In this document: positions 8,925 to 19,620 of the stretch, one piece after another | Position numbering within the stretch: position 1 is the first letter of the stretch | Layout: every line of letters starts with the position of its first letter | NCBI GenBank assembly: GCA_964601535.1 | Contig: CAZRNW010000001.1 | Coordinates: 1 to 34,090, forward strand | Direction of reading: 5' to 3' | DNA length: 34,090 bases | Source of the DNA: an uncultured Flavobacteriaceae bacterium | GTDB taxonomy: Bacteria > Bacteroidota > Bacteroidia > B-17B0 > Aurantibacillaceae | The notes under the pieces: model-generated | Database searches by the model: none | What the model was told of the DNA's origin: nothing | Seen by the model: the letters and a program-made list of their open reading frames with translations, nothing else | Program-made: the position numbers and the translations under genes

Positions 8925-11900
8925 ATGGCTCAATCTGCCCTTCTTAGATGTAGAGGTTTACATACTTTTAAAAACCTCTTAAGTGAAATTCCTGAAGGTT
9001 CATTAACCGAAGCAATTAATGTTGTTGTTGATCGCGACGGAATTATTGAACCTCGTCGCGGATTTACTCAATTTGGCGGAACATTTGGATCAGGTTCAGA
9101 TCGCGCTAAACAACTTTTAACATATAAAAATCGAATTCTTACACACTATGGTTCTAAACTTGCCTTTGATAGCAACGGATCTGGTTCCTTTTCCGATTTT
9201 AATGGTTCCTATAGTGAAGTTCAATCTGGACTTCGTATTAAATCTATTGAATATAATGGTAATTTTTATTTCACAACAAGTGAAGGTATTAAAAAAATTT
9301 CCGCTACATCGGCCTCTGAATTTACAACGTCTGCTGGATATATTACACAAGCTGGTGGAATTAAAGCGCTCGACGGTGAAGGTCTTCCGAACTACTCAAT
9401 TAGTGGATTTTTTTCTCCTTTAAGTAAAGTCGCTTATCGAATTGTTTGGGGAATTACTGATGCGAATTCTATTCCGATTTTAGGGAGTCCCTCTTCTCGT
9501 ATTGTTGTTGAAAATATTAGTTCAACAGATAATGCGGTTGTTGATTTAACTTTTCCGGTCCCCGACGATGTAAGTACAATAAGTTATTATTATCAAGTTT
9601 ATAGAACCGGAGTATTTACAGCGGGAAGTCTTTCAGCTTTAGATGATGTTGATCCTGGAGATGAAATGTACTTGGTTGTTGAAGATTTTGTAACTTCAGC
9701 TCAGATTAGTGCTGGATCGGTTAGTATTCAGGATATTACTCCAGAAGACTTTAGAGCCGGAGGGACTTTACTTTATACAAATCCTGTTTCGGGAGAAGGT
9801 ATTGAGCAATCAAACGAACCGCCTCCATTTGCTAAAGATATTGCTTTATATAAAAATATTACTTTTTATGGTAATACGACAACACGACATCGTTTAAATT
9901 TAAATCTATTAAGTATAGCCACATTAATTTCGGGAACATCAACTATTACTGTTAATAATGGAGTAACAAACCGAACCTATACTTTTCGAGGAACTGTTGA
10001 AAGTTATACTGTTACTCATACAGGAACAACCGGGGCTGACTATTTAGCCGGAGGTACAAATCCTGGTCTTTATTTTACATTAAATAGTTCTGACGATGAA
10101 AGAAAATATTATATATGGTATGCTTCTGCAGCAAGCGGTGCTGAGACAGATCCTGCTGTTGCAGGAAGAATTGGTATTCAAGTAGTTGTTGCTGGTGGTG
10201 ATACAGCCGCACAGGTTGCAACCAAAACTCGTACTGCTATTTTAGCTGATACAAATGATTTCAATATTGCGGTCCCTGGTGCTGCAGTTCTTACGGTTAT
10301 TTGTGCAAATAATGGTCCAGTTACTGCAAGTCCGACTGAAACTATTGGTGGAACATTTGCTATTACAAAAGATGGATTAGGAACTGGCGAAGATGGTGCA
10401 ACACAAAAAATCTTTTTACCCAAAATTCCTTCTGGATCAGATAATGGACCTACTACTGCTCAACAAGTTGATCAAGCGGCTCGATCTATGGTTCGCATTA
10501 TTAATGCTGATACTAGTGGAATTATAAATGCTTATTATTTATCAAGTTCGTCTGATGTTCCGGGACAAATGTTCTTTGAAGCTAGAGTATTAACTGGTCC
10601 CGCTTTTTATTTTATAGCTAATAGTACAACTACTGGTGATGAGTTTAATCCTTCATTGCCGACTTCTGGTCAAACTATTATTTCTGAAAATGAACAAAGA
10701 CCTAATAGAATTTACTATTCTAAATATCAACAGCCCGAAGCGGTTCCCCTTGTTAACTTTTTAGATGTTGGTCCCCGAGATCAGGAGATTCTAAGAATTG
10801 TTGCATTACGTGATAGTCTTTTTATTTTTAAAGAAGACGGTATTTATAGATTAACTGGAGATACAGCTCCATTCCAATTATCACTTTTTGATAGTTCTGT
10901 TTCTTTAGATGCACCAGATTCAGCCGCCGTTTTAAATAATATGGTTTATACATTTAGTGATCAAGGTGTTACAACAATAAGTGATACTGGTGTTAATATT
11001 ATTTCTCGACAAATTGAAGATAAATTTATTGCCATTCATAAAGATAATTTTGAATTTTCTACTTTATCCTTTGGTATTGCAAGCGAGACAGATAGATGTT
11101 ATTTTCTTTGGACTGTAACTAATGAAGATGATGCATCTGCTACTCAATGTTTCAGATATAATATTTTCACGAATAGTTGGACACGATGGACAGTTGAAGC
11201 TACTTGTGGTGTAGTTAATAAATTTGTTGATAAAATCTACATTGGAGCCAGTGATAATAATTTTATTGAACAAGAACGTAAGAACCGAGACAGAACTGAT
11301 TATGCTGATCGTCAGTTTAGTTTAACTATTATTACTGATAATATTACGGATAATGAAATTCAATTATCATCTGTTGCTAATATTGAATTAGGTGATGTTA
11401 TCATTCAAACACAATATTTAACTATAACTCAATTTAATCGACTTCTTCAAAAATTAGATCTTGATCCCTTTTTGGATGATGCTGATTATTTTACTGACTT
11501 AGAAGTAGAAGCCGGAAATGATATTTCTTTACATATGACAGATCTTGTTGCAAAATTAAATATAGATGATGCTTCGATTATAACTCAAACATTTACATCA
11601 GGAGATGTTAATACTGGAACTGAAACAATAACTATTAATTCGCATGGATTTACTAATGACGATATTGTTTATTTTTATAATGCGGTCCCTGCTAATCTTC
11701 CTGCTGGATTGAGTGAAGATACTAAATATTATATCGTTGGTGCGACTACAAATACATTTCAAGTTTCATTAACCGATGGGGGATCTGCTGTAAACATTAC
11801 TTCAGGTGGAACAGGAACCCATACGGTTTCTTCAAATTATAATTTTTCAGGAACAAGTACATTTTCTGCTATCCAAATTGAATTTAATAATTTAGTTGAA

Positions 11901-12440
11901 AAATTAAATATATCAAATGGTGTCTTTTTTAGTAACTATTTACCTTCAAGCGGAACTGTTGATTATGAAGGGACTGTTAGAGAAATTGATGATACTAACA
12001 ATATTGTGACTATTGTATATAATACTCCATTTTTAGCTGGACCAATTATTCATTATAGAGCTATTGCTTCACAAATAAATTGGGCACCACAAACATTCGG
12101 CGATCCTTCTATTAGTAAACAAGTAAGTGAAGGCACAATCATTTTTGAAGATAATAATTTCTCACAAGCTCAATTAGCATACGCTTCTGATCTTAGTCCC
12201 TCGTTTGAGGTCATTGATTTCTTAGGAACCGGGATTGGTGACTGGGGACAATTTATATGGAGTGAACAGAACTGGGGCGGTATTAGCGCGGCTAAACCTA
12301 TCAGAACATTGCTACCTCTCCAAAAACAAAGATGTAGATATATTAATGTTAGATTTAAACATCAAAATGCTTTTGAAAAATATGCAATTTTTGGAATATC
12401 ATTAACATATAGACCAATTTCACAAAGGGCGTATAGATAA
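8925..12440 (+). CDS. Large virion protein, putative tail tube / nozzle (T7 gp12-like position)
   Basis: 1171 aa with an AGGAG Shine-Dalgarno. It follows the adaptor-like gene and precedes the ejection-protein-like block. Beta-rich with insertion domains. No diagnostic motif was verified. Confidence 0.45.
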   Translation: MAQSALLRCRGLHTFKNLLSEIPEGSLTEAINVVVDRDGIIEPRRGFTQFGGTFGSGSDRAKQLLTYKNRILTHYGSKLAFDSNGSGSFSDFNGSYSEVQSGLRIKSIEYNGNFYFTTSEGIKKISATSASEFTTSAGYITQAGGIKALDGEGLPNYSISGFFSPLSKVAYRIVWGITDANSIPILGSPSSRIVVENISSTDNAVVDLTFPVPDDVSTISYYYQVYRTGVFTAGSLSALDDVDPGDEMYLVVEDFVTSAQISAGSVSIQDITPEDFRAGGTLLYTNPVSGEGIEQSNEPPPFAKDIALYKNITFYGNTTTRHRLNLNLLSIATLISGTSTITVNNGVTNRTYTFRGTVESYTVTHTGTTGADYLAGGTNPGLYFTLNSSDDERKYYIWYASAASGAETDPAVAGRIGIQVVVAGGDTAAQVATKTRTAILADTNDFNIAVPGAAVLTVICANNGPVTASPTETIGGTFAITKDGLGTGEDGATQKIFLPKIPSGSDNGPTTAQQVDQAARSMVRIINADTSGIINAYYLSSSSDVPGQMFFEARVLTGPAFYFIANSTTTGDEFNPSLPTSGQTIISENEQRPNRIYYSKYQQPEAVPLVNFLDVGPRDQEILRIVALRDSLFIFKEDGIYRLTGDTAPFQLSLFDSSVSLDAPDSAAVLNNMVYTFSDQGVTTISDTGVNIISRQIEDKFIAIHKDNFEFSTLSFGIASETDRCYFLWTVTNEDDASATQCFRYNIFTNSWTRWTVEATCGVVNKFVDKIYIGASDNNFIEQERKNRDRTDYADRQFSLTIITDNITDNEIQLSSVANIELGDVIIQTQYLTITQFNRLLQKLDLDPFLDDADYFTDLEVEAGNDISLHMTDLVAKLNIDDASIITQTFTSGDVNTGTETITINSHGFTNDDIVYFYNAVPANLPAGLSEDTKYYIVGATTNTFQVSLTDGGSAVNITSGGTGTHTVSSNYNFSGTSTFSAIQIEFNNLVEKLNISNGVFFSNYLPSSGTVDYEGTVREIDDTNNIVTIVYNTPFLAGPIIHYRAIASQINWAPQTFGDPSISKQVSEGTIIFEDNNFSQAQLAYASDLSPSFEVIDFLGTGIGDWGQFIWSEQNWGGISAAKPIRTLLPLQKQRCRYINVRFKHQNAFEKYAIFGISLTYRPISQRAYR

Positions 12441-12442
12441 TA

Positions 12443-12853
12443 ATGAGACCGCCAGATTTTAAACGCATAAGAACTGAAGATTTCCCAGAAGAAGTAAGAC
12501 CGACTATTGAAAAACTTGGTTTTATTTTTAATGCTTTTGCTGAACAATTGGTTAATCTTTTAAATAAGAATATAGATTTCCAAAATTTAAATATGGAAGT
12601 TGTTTCCTTGGATATTACCACTGATGGGTCTGGAAATTTGGTAAATCCTCCTAGTATTCGTACAACTCTTAATACGAAGATACAAGGCGCTATATGCATT
12701 AAGGCTGACAACTTGACATCAATTGGGACTTTTCCTACCTCTCAGCCTTTCGTTTCTTACAGTATGATAAATAATAATCTTATAAGCGTTTTAAACGTAT
12801 CTGGGCTTCAAAATAGCTCTACATATCGACTTAAATTGATGCTAATAGGGTAA
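12443..12853 (+). CDS. Hypothetical virion-module protein (136 aa)
   Basis: ATG 2 nt after the upstream stop, coding-like composition. The antisense ORFs 12355..12711 and 12362..12547 are judged spurious. Confidence 0.5.
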   Translation: MRPPDFKRIRTEDFPEEVRPTIEKLGFIFNAFAEQLVNLLNKNIDFQNLNMEVVSLDITTDGSGNLVNPPSIRTTLNTKIQGAICIKADNLTSIGTFPTSQPFVSYSMINNNLISVLNVSGLQNSSTYRLKLMLIG

Positions 12854-12882
12854 ATTTTAACAAGTATATATAGAGGAATATA

Positions 12883-14421
12883 ATGGCATCTATCCTTCAA
12901 GAAGACGAAAATAAAGATCAAGAAACCGGAAGTATGAATCTTGGACAACAAGATCAAGGGGATATTTCATCTCAACCCGGTAGCCCCGCTCCATCTCAAA
13001 CTCTTCGTCCTCCAACTCCAAAAGGGTCTGGACGATTTATGAATTTGCAAAAATATATTTCAGCTAATGCTCCTCAAGCACAACAAATGGCCGGATCAAT
13101 TGGTCAAGGTTTTGCTCAACGCGCAAATCAAGCACAACAAAATGTTTCAAATGCTCAATCTCAATTTCAAGCTCAAGCTCAAAAAGAACAAGATCGTTTG
13201 GGTCAAGCTGGACAATTTGTTCAACAATTACAGACAGCCCCTGGTGCTCAAAATATCGTCCAAAGTCCTGAACAGTTAAGTCAATTTCAAAGATTACAAC
13301 AAGGACAATTAGATTTATCTCAACCTAACTTAAGCGGCGAACAAAGTGAATTACAACAACTTCAACAACAAGCTCAAAATGCTAAAACTGAAGCTGGTCG
13401 TTTTCAAATGCTTCGAGATAAGTTTGGAAATCCTTCATATACATTAGGACAACGAAGATTAGATCAATTACTTTTACAAAATGCTCCTGGAGCTGCTAAT
13501 CAAATTCAACAACAAATTAATCCTGCTTTACAAAGTTTTCAACAAGGTTTATCTGGTGCTGAACAAGATATTTCATCTCGTTATAATGCACTTCAAGGGT
13601 TAGCCGGAGAAGCTCAAGGTCAAATTGAACAAGGTATTATAGGTGGTTTATCTAAAGTTGAAAGTGATGTTCAAGCTGCTCAACAAAAAGCTATTCAAGA
13701 TAGAGCTTTAAGAATGCAACAATTTGGAGTTGGAAATTTAAGTCCTGAAGATATGCAAGAATTAGGAGCTGGATTTTCTGATCCATATCAATCATTGTAT
13801 AATTTGAACTTAAGAGATTACTTAACTTCTCCTGATCAATTACAAGATATTTCAGTTGGACAAGCGGCTAGTCCTGAACAAATTTCTCAATATCAAGCTC
13901 TTCAACAATTAGGTAATAGAACAGGACAACTTGGTGGACAATTAGTTCCTGGACAACAACCAATTGATATGTTACCATTTCAAAATGAAAGATTAATGCA
14001 AGATATTGGGCAAAGACAATCTACGTTTGGACAACAATTCACACCATTAGCTAAATTTTATGAAAATTTAGGTTCTGCAAATTTAGTTAAAGGAAATGCA
14101 AATAATAATCAAATTATTCGTGATATTGCTTTACAAAGTGGAGTTGACCCTTCATTAATGGATTCTTATAGTGGTGGACTACAAAGATCAATTAGCCAAG
14201 CATTATCTGGAGGTTTTCAATCTCCTGAAGAAACAATTGCTCAAATTGTTCAACGTGGATCTCAGAATTATATGCAGGGAATTGCTCAACAAGCTGGTGC
14301 ATTAAATACTATTGGACAATTAGCTCCTGCTGGAACATATCAAGTTCCTTTAACACAACAAGATGTATTAAAACATTTAATTAATCAATATTCTGGTCAA
14401 ACTGTTGGAGCATTAACTTAA
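12883..14421 (+). CDS. Gln-rich putative internal virion / ejection protein
   Basis: AGAGGA Shine-Dalgarno 5 nt upstream. Low-complexity Q/A/G-rich sequence (QAQQMAGSIGQGFAQRANQAQQN...). Positioned after the nozzle-like gene as in T7-type gene order. Confidence 0.45.
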   Translation: MASILQEDENKDQETGSMNLGQQDQGDISSQPGSPAPSQTLRPPTPKGSGRFMNLQKYISANAPQAQQMAGSIGQGFAQRANQAQQNVSNAQSQFQAQAQKEQDRLGQAGQFVQQLQTAPGAQNIVQSPEQLSQFQRLQQGQLDLSQPNLSGEQSELQQLQQQAQNAKTEAGRFQMLRDKFGNPSYTLGQRRLDQLLLQNAPGAANQIQQQINPALQSFQQGLSGAEQDISSRYNALQGLAGEAQGQIEQGIIGGLSKVESDVQAAQQKAIQDRALRMQQFGVGNLSPEDMQELGAGFSDPYQSLYNLNLRDYLTSPDQLQDISVGQAASPEQISQYQALQQLGNRTGQLGGQLVPGQQPIDMLPFQNERLMQDIGQRQSTFGQQFTPLAKFYENLGSANLVKGNANNNQIIRDIALQSGVDPSLMDSYSGGLQRSISQALSGGFQSPEETIAQIVQRGSQNYMQGIAQQAGALNTIGQLAPAGTYQVPLTQQDVLKHLINQYSGQTVGALT

Positions 14422-14801
14422 TGAATATTAAACTGTTTGAAAAAGAAAAAGACTATCAAACTATTTGTAGTTGGTGGGAAAAACATAATTGGCCTAAAAT
14501 CCCTTTAGTTATGCTTCCTCAAACTGGATATATAATTGATAATGTTTGTGCTGGATTTTTATATCAAACTGATAGTAATATTGCTTGGTTAGAATTTATT
14601 ATTTCTAATCCAGATATTACAAAAGAAAATAGATCAAAAGCTTTAGATATTTTAATTGATAAATTAAGTGAAACAGCTAGAGGATTAGGATTTACAACAA
14701 TTTTTACTTCATCTAATCATCCTAGTTTAATTAATAAATATGAAAATAATGGTTTTACTAAAGCTGATTTTAATATGACAAATTTAATGAGGATATTATA
14801 A
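14421..14801 (+). CDS. GNAT-like N-acetyltransferase-fold protein embedded in the internal-virion-protein block
   Basis: ALDILIDKLSETARGLGFTTIFTSS..LINKYENNGFTK fits the GNAT alpha3-beta5-alpha4 pattern. A canonical Q/RxxGxG/A loop is not obvious. Both start and stop are TAATG-coupled to neighbouring genes. Confidence 0.5.
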   Translation: MNIKLFEKEKDYQTICSWWEKHNWPKIPLVMLPQTGYIIDNVCAGFLYQTDSNIAWLEFIISNPDITKENRSKALDILIDKLSETARGLGFTTIFTSSNHPSLINKYENNGFTKADFNMTNLMRIL

Positions 14802-15841
14802 TGGCAGTCGGAACAGCAACACTGGCAGCATTAGCTGCTGCACAAGTAATCGGCGGATTAGTTGGTCAAAATCAACAACGTCAAGCTGCGGCTGGCGCAC
14901 AAGCGGCTAGAGATAGAGCTATGCAAGGAATTGCTGGAGTTGAAATTCCAGATATTGAAAAAATGAAATTGGCATTTGAAATGCCGGAACTTATTGGACA
15001 ATATAATCCATTATTAGAAACAGAGTTGCAACTTGGTCCCTCATCTATGGAAGGGGTTTCGACTGATCCAAGACTAGCTCAAGCTCAAATGTCCGCTTTA
15101 GAACAATTATCTGGTTATTCAAAAGGAGAAATGACTCCTGCTGATGCAATGGCACTAGAACAAATTCGAAGAAATTCAGCATCTCAAGGACAAGCTCGTC
15201 AACAAGCAATTTTATCCGAAATGCAACAACGTGGACAAGGTGGAAGCGGGGCTGAACTTATTGCTCGTTTAAAAGCTGGACAGGCAGAAGCCGATAGAGC
15301 CTCTCAAGAAGGAGCTGCTTTGCAACAAATGTTACAACAACGTGCGCTTCAAGCTATTACAAATCAAGCTACGCTTGGTGGAAGTATGCGATCTCAAGAA
15401 TTCGGAGAAAAATCCGATATTGCTAAAGCTAAAGATATTGTTAATCAATTTAATCTTCAAAATAAACAAAATGTTGGACAACGAAATGTGGGTCAACAAA
15501 ATGAAGCTCAAGCTATGAACCTAAGAGAACGTCAACGTATTGCGGATCAAGCAGTAGCTTTAAGAAATCAACAACAACAATTAAATCAGCGATTACAACA
15601 AGATAAATTTAATAATGAAATGCGTAGAGCACAAGCTTTGGCGGGTCAATATGATCAAAACGCTGCTGCTCTAACACAACGCGGACAAGCAGATTCTCAA
15701 GGTATTACGGATACAACTGGTGGATTAATTAATATGATTGGTATTGGTAGCATGATGGGAGGAAATTCTTCTCCTGCATCGATAAAACCGACTGAACAAT
15801 TTATGCTTCCAGCTCAACATTCTCCTTTTATGAGAAGTTAA
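14801..15841 (+). CDS. Gln-rich putative internal virion protein with hydrophobic termini
   Basis: N-terminal MAVGTATLAALAAAQVIGGLVG and C-terminal GGLINMIGIGSMMGG are hydrophobic segments. The core is a Q/A-rich coiled region. Confidence 0.45.
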   Translation: MAVGTATLAALAAAQVIGGLVGQNQQRQAAAGAQAARDRAMQGIAGVEIPDIEKMKLAFEMPELIGQYNPLLETELQLGPSSMEGVSTDPRLAQAQMSALEQLSGYSKGEMTPADAMALEQIRRNSASQGQARQQAILSEMQQRGQGGSGAELIARLKAGQAEADRASQEGAALQQMLQQRALQAITNQATLGGSMRSQEFGEKSDIAKAKDIVNQFNLQNKQNVGQRNVGQQNEAQAMNLRERQRIADQAVALRNQQQQLNQRLQQDKFNNEMRRAQALAGQYDQNAAALTQRGQADSQGITDTTGGLINMIGIGSMMGGNSSPASIKPTEQFMLPAQHSPFMRS

Positions 15842-15843
15842 AA

Positions 15844-17235
15844 ATGGCAAATAATTTTTTATTAGATCCAGAAAAACAAAAAGAATTAGAACAATATTTC
15901 AATGGATCTCAAACTCCAGAACAAAGTGATCCAAGATATGATCCATCAAGTCTTGGTGAATTTTTACCTTCGATGCCCGATTTAAGTGGAGTTCAAAATT
16001 TCTTATCGGGATTTAATACTCAGTCACTTCCTGCTAATGAAGAAATGAAAACTAATAATGATGGATATTTTGGATCTAAATTACCTGCTTCTCCTGAAGA
16101 GGTACAGCCCCAAATGGCTCCTAGTCCTATTTCGGCTAAACCTATTATTCCTACAGTTCATCAGCCATTAGCCCCTGAAACTGCCGTTCCTCAAGAAAGT
16201 CCAATGCAGAAAATTTTAAATGAATATCAAAAATTATATTCAACAGATCAATTACAATCTGATGCTGATTTAATGAATCAAGCTTTAGATAAAAAACGAG
16301 ATTTATCAATGTTAGATATGTTCTTAAAAGGTGGAGCACAAATGGCAGGAGGTATTGCACAAACAAAACCTGCTGAAATGGTCCAAACTGCGGGATTAGC
16401 TGATATCGATATTGAAAAAGCTAAACAAAAAACTAATTTAACAGATAGACAACGTCAAGCTCTTGAAGCGCAAATGAAAATTTTAGATGTTAAAGAAATG
16501 AATGATCCTACAAGTATGACTTCAAAAGTATATAGACGAACATTACAGGATCTATCTCCAGCAATTGGAAAAATGCCTGAATTACAAAATGCATCAGCTC
16601 AAGCTATTGGTAAAATATTTCCTATGGTTCAGGCTAAAATATCAAATGATGCCAGATTAGCTCAACAACAAATGTTATTACAATTTAAAAAACAAGGTGT
16701 TGATCAACGAAATGCTGAAGAAAAACGTCGAATGACAGCTTTACAAATAAATAGTGCTCGAGGATTATTAAAAGATGATCCAAGATTCAAAAAAGCTATT
16801 GAACAAGGTATGGAATTTGAATCTGTTGATAGTTTATTAAGTGAAGTTGAAAAAGGTAATGAAACTGCATTATCTGCACTTGGAACTAAACTTGCTAGAG
16901 CAATGGGTGAAGTTGGTGTACTAACTGATTCGGATGTTATACGTTATATAGCTGGACAAAGTTGGGGCAGACGCTTAGAAAAATGGTATAAGGGCGGAAT
17001 GCAAGGTAAAATGCCAAAAGAATCTCTCACTGAAATTAAGAAAAATCTAAAATTGCTTCGTGGAAAATTATCAGGAGATGTTAATAAAGTTTACAGTAAT
17101 GCTAGTTCTCGAATGAAAACTGCATTTCCAGATATGGACGATATTACTATTAAAGGTCTTTTAGGTCAACCAATGATCGAATCTGAAAAACCTCAAGAAG
17201 CTCCTTCTTGGAATGATTTTGAGGATATTGAATAA
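15844..17235 (+). CDS. Putative internal virion protein (463 aa)
   Basis: Call rests on position in the ejection-protein-like block. Pro-rich N-terminus and helical remainder, with no diagnostic motif. Confidence 0.4.
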   Translation: MANNFLLDPEKQKELEQYFNGSQTPEQSDPRYDPSSLGEFLPSMPDLSGVQNFLSGFNTQSLPANEEMKTNNDGYFGSKLPASPEEVQPQMAPSPISAKPIIPTVHQPLAPETAVPQESPMQKILNEYQKLYSTDQLQSDADLMNQALDKKRDLSMLDMFLKGGAQMAGGIAQTKPAEMVQTAGLADIDIEKAKQKTNLTDRQRQALEAQMKILDVKEMNDPTSMTSKVYRRTLQDLSPAIGKMPELQNASAQAIGKIFPMVQAKISNDARLAQQQMLLQFKKQGVDQRNAEEKRRMTALQINSARGLLKDDPRFKKAIEQGMEFESVDSLLSEVEKGNETALSALGTKLARAMGEVGVLTDSDVIRYIAGQSWGRRLEKWYKGGMQGKMPKESLTEIKKNLKLLRGKLSGDVNKVYSNASSRMKTAFPDMDDITIKGLLGQPMIESEKPQEAPSWNDFEDIE

Positions 17236-19619
17236 TGGCTGAAATTCAGCGACGTAATAAAAAAACAGGTCAAGTTGGTATCTTCGATAGCAACACTAAA
17301 CAATTCTTAAGATGGGCCGATGAACCTAAAATGGCACAGTCTCAATCTGAAGAACCTAGCTTTGGAGATGCAGCACTTGTTTCTGGTCTTCAAAGTGCAA
17401 CATTTGGTTTATCTGATGAACTAATTGGTGCCTTAGAAACTCCTGGTCGTCTATTAGAGGAAAGAAAAACTGGAGAAAGTTTTTTAGATAAAATCGGTCG
17501 AATATATAAAGAACAGCGTGATTTAGAAAGAGCCAATATAAAACATGCAGAAGAAGAAGCTCCTATGGGTTCCTTAGTTGGAACACTAGCTGGAGGATTT
17601 GCTATGCCTGGTGCATGGCTTGCAAAGGGCGGTTTAGCTGCATCAAAAAGTTTACCTATGATAGCAGAAACAGCACCAAATCTTGTCAAAGCCTTACAAT
17701 CTCCTGTCGGAAAAATGGTTACTGGTGGAGCTGAGGCTGGCGCATTAATGGGTCTAGGTACTAGCGAAAAAGAAGATCTAAGCGGAATGTTATCCGATAC
17801 TTATAGTGGATTAAAAACTGGAGGAGTACTGGGTGGAGGTTTAGGAGTAGCAGGAATGGGAATAGCAAAAGCGGCTCCGATCTTGCAAAAACTTATGCCC
17901 AAATCTGAAGGTGTATTAGCTCGATCATATCAAAAAGGTCGTGAAGGTATTGATATATTAGCCCCAGAATTTGAACAAGGTGTTTCTCAACGGATTAAAC
18001 AAGAAGCTGGTGATTTGTCTCAAATGTTAGGTGGAGAACAAAAAGCCATTCAAGAAACTATTGAGACAGGTGAAAAAGAAGCTTTTAAAACTCTTGAAAA
18101 AACAAGAAGTTCCGTTAATGATAAATTAGATGATATTCAAAAGAATACTAGTGATTATCTAGAGAACCAAACGCAGATCCAAAAAGCTGCAAATAAAAAT
18201 TTACAAGAAAAATTACAAAAAGATCTTGAAAAGAAAGCTCTACAATTACAAAAAGATGTAGATGATGTTAGAGTTAAGCTTGGTAAAGAATACGATACTA
18301 TAGATGATATGGCAGCTAAAGCTGGTGTACAAGTCGATACAACTCCTGTAATTAACAATATTATTGATGAGTTAAATACTACTGGATTAACTGAAAATGC
18401 AGTTAAAGCTATAAGTAAAAAATTTGAACCTGAATATGGAAAAGTAGATTTCCAACAATTTCAAAGTTTAAAACGAAAACTTCAAGAATTGTTTGATCAT
18501 GCAGATCCTATGGTTCGAGGTATCGCTAAAAAGTCTTATGGAAAAATGAGTGAAGCCTTTGAGAAAACATTACGATCAAATGGTCTTAATGATCTAGCTG
18601 ATCAAATTGCTCATACAAATCGTCGTTGGGGTATTTATGCTAACATGGATGATTTTGTTCAAGGAACACGAGTTCAAAAACCTTTTGATCAAAGATTCGC
18701 TGAACCTAAAACTATTAGAACTATCGAAAAATTAGGACTTCCTGAAGCTGAGTCTATTAGCATGAAAAAACAACTAGAAGCTCGTCTTCCAGAAATCATG
18801 CCAGAGACTGCTCCTACTCGTTTACAAGAAATGACTAAATTATCTCAAGATATTGAAGCTGCAAATAAAGCTAAACCTATGGTTCCGACTTTAGATGAAT
18901 CTTTAGGTCAAAATAAAGAATATCAAAAGCTTCAAGAGATGTTAGATGAATTAAAAGGAGTCAAAGTTAAAGCTTTGGATAAGTTAGCTCCTGAAACACA
19001 AAAAGTTCGTGATATTATTAAGGAAGTTCATGGAGAAGAAGCTGCAGAACAATTTATGAATGCTTTATCTCAAATGGAAGTTCCTGCTCAAAAATCATTT
19101 ATTCAACAATTTGGAACAACTCCAGAATCTGTTAAAAAGAAGCTTCTTTCTCTTATTCCGCAAACTGGTGAAAAATTCGGTAGTTTTGCAAAACAACAAG
19201 AACTTGAAGATTTACTTAAAGTATTTGGACAAAAGCATGGTCCCGAAAAGGCGGAAAAATTACAAGGTCGCTTAGAAGAATTAGCTAAGGATATTGAATT
19301 AGGCCGTTCTGTTCAAGGTAGTTCATTTGGTTCAGAAAGTTTTACTCGTCCTGGCGCAATTAAAGCTGCTGCTGGCGGGGGCTTTACAACTGCAGGAACC
19401 AAGATTGCTAACGTAGTTGGAATGTCCGTGCATGATTTCCTAAACTCAACTCCAGGTAAACTACTAGAAATGGCTACAAAAAGCTCTAATAAAGTTATTC
19501 AAGATATTTTAAAACAAGCTGGCACAAGAGATAAGGCGGGACGCCAAGCTTTGCTATTTACTTTAATGCAAAATCCTGCTTATAGAGAATATATACAGGC
19601 CGAACCAGAAGAGAAATAA
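17235..19619 (+). CDS. Large putative internal virion / ejection protein (794 aa)
   Basis: Gly-rich hydrophobic segments (GSLVGTLAGGFAMPGAWLAKGGLAA; GGVLGGGLGVAGMGIAKAAPIL) followed by a long coiled-coil region, as in channel-forming ejection proteins. No transglycosylase motif was seen. Confidence 0.5.
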   Translation: MAEIQRRNKKTGQVGIFDSNTKQFLRWADEPKMAQSQSEEPSFGDAALVSGLQSATFGLSDELIGALETPGRLLEERKTGESFLDKIGRIYKEQRDLERANIKHAEEEAPMGSLVGTLAGGFAMPGAWLAKGGLAASKSLPMIAETAPNLVKALQSPVGKMVTGGAEAGALMGLGTSEKEDLSGMLSDTYSGLKTGGVLGGGLGVAGMGIAKAAPILQKLMPKSEGVLARSYQKGREGIDILAPEFEQGVSQRIKQEAGDLSQMLGGEQKAIQETIETGEKEAFKTLEKTRSSVNDKLDDIQKNTSDYLENQTQIQKAANKNLQEKLQKDLEKKALQLQKDVDDVRVKLGKEYDTIDDMAAKAGVQVDTTPVINNIIDELNTTGLTENAVKAISKKFEPEYGKVDFQQFQSLKRKLQELFDHADPMVRGIAKKSYGKMSEAFEKTLRSNGLNDLADQIAHTNRRWGIYANMDDFVQGTRVQKPFDQRFAEPKTIRTIEKLGLPEAESISMKKQLEARLPEIMPETAPTRLQEMTKLSQDIEAANKAKPMVPTLDESLGQNKEYQKLQEMLDELKGVKVKALDKLAPETQKVRDIIKEVHGEEAAEQFMNALSQMEVPAQKSFIQQFGTTPESVKKKLLSLIPQTGEKFGSFAKQQELEDLLKVFGQKHGPEKAEKLQGRLEELAKDIELGRSVQGSSFGSESFTRPGAIKAAAGGGFTTAGTKIANVVGMSVHDFLNSTPGKLLEMATKSSNKVIQDILKQAGTRDKAGRQALLFTLMQNPAYREYIQAEPEEK

Positions 19620-19620
19620 T

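Noticed and set aside
12355-12711. Antisense ORFs 12355..12711 and 12362..12547 across the junction of two plus-strand virion genes.
   Set aside because: They would be isolated minus-strand genes inside a tightly coupled plus-strand operon, and the translations look like off-frame noise.
12872-12885. TATAAT hexamer in the only sizeable plus-strand intergenic gap (12854-12882).
   Set aside because: The hexamer overlaps the ATG at 12883 itself and no -35 is present. The region is better explained as the AGAGGA Shine-Dalgarno plus spacer.
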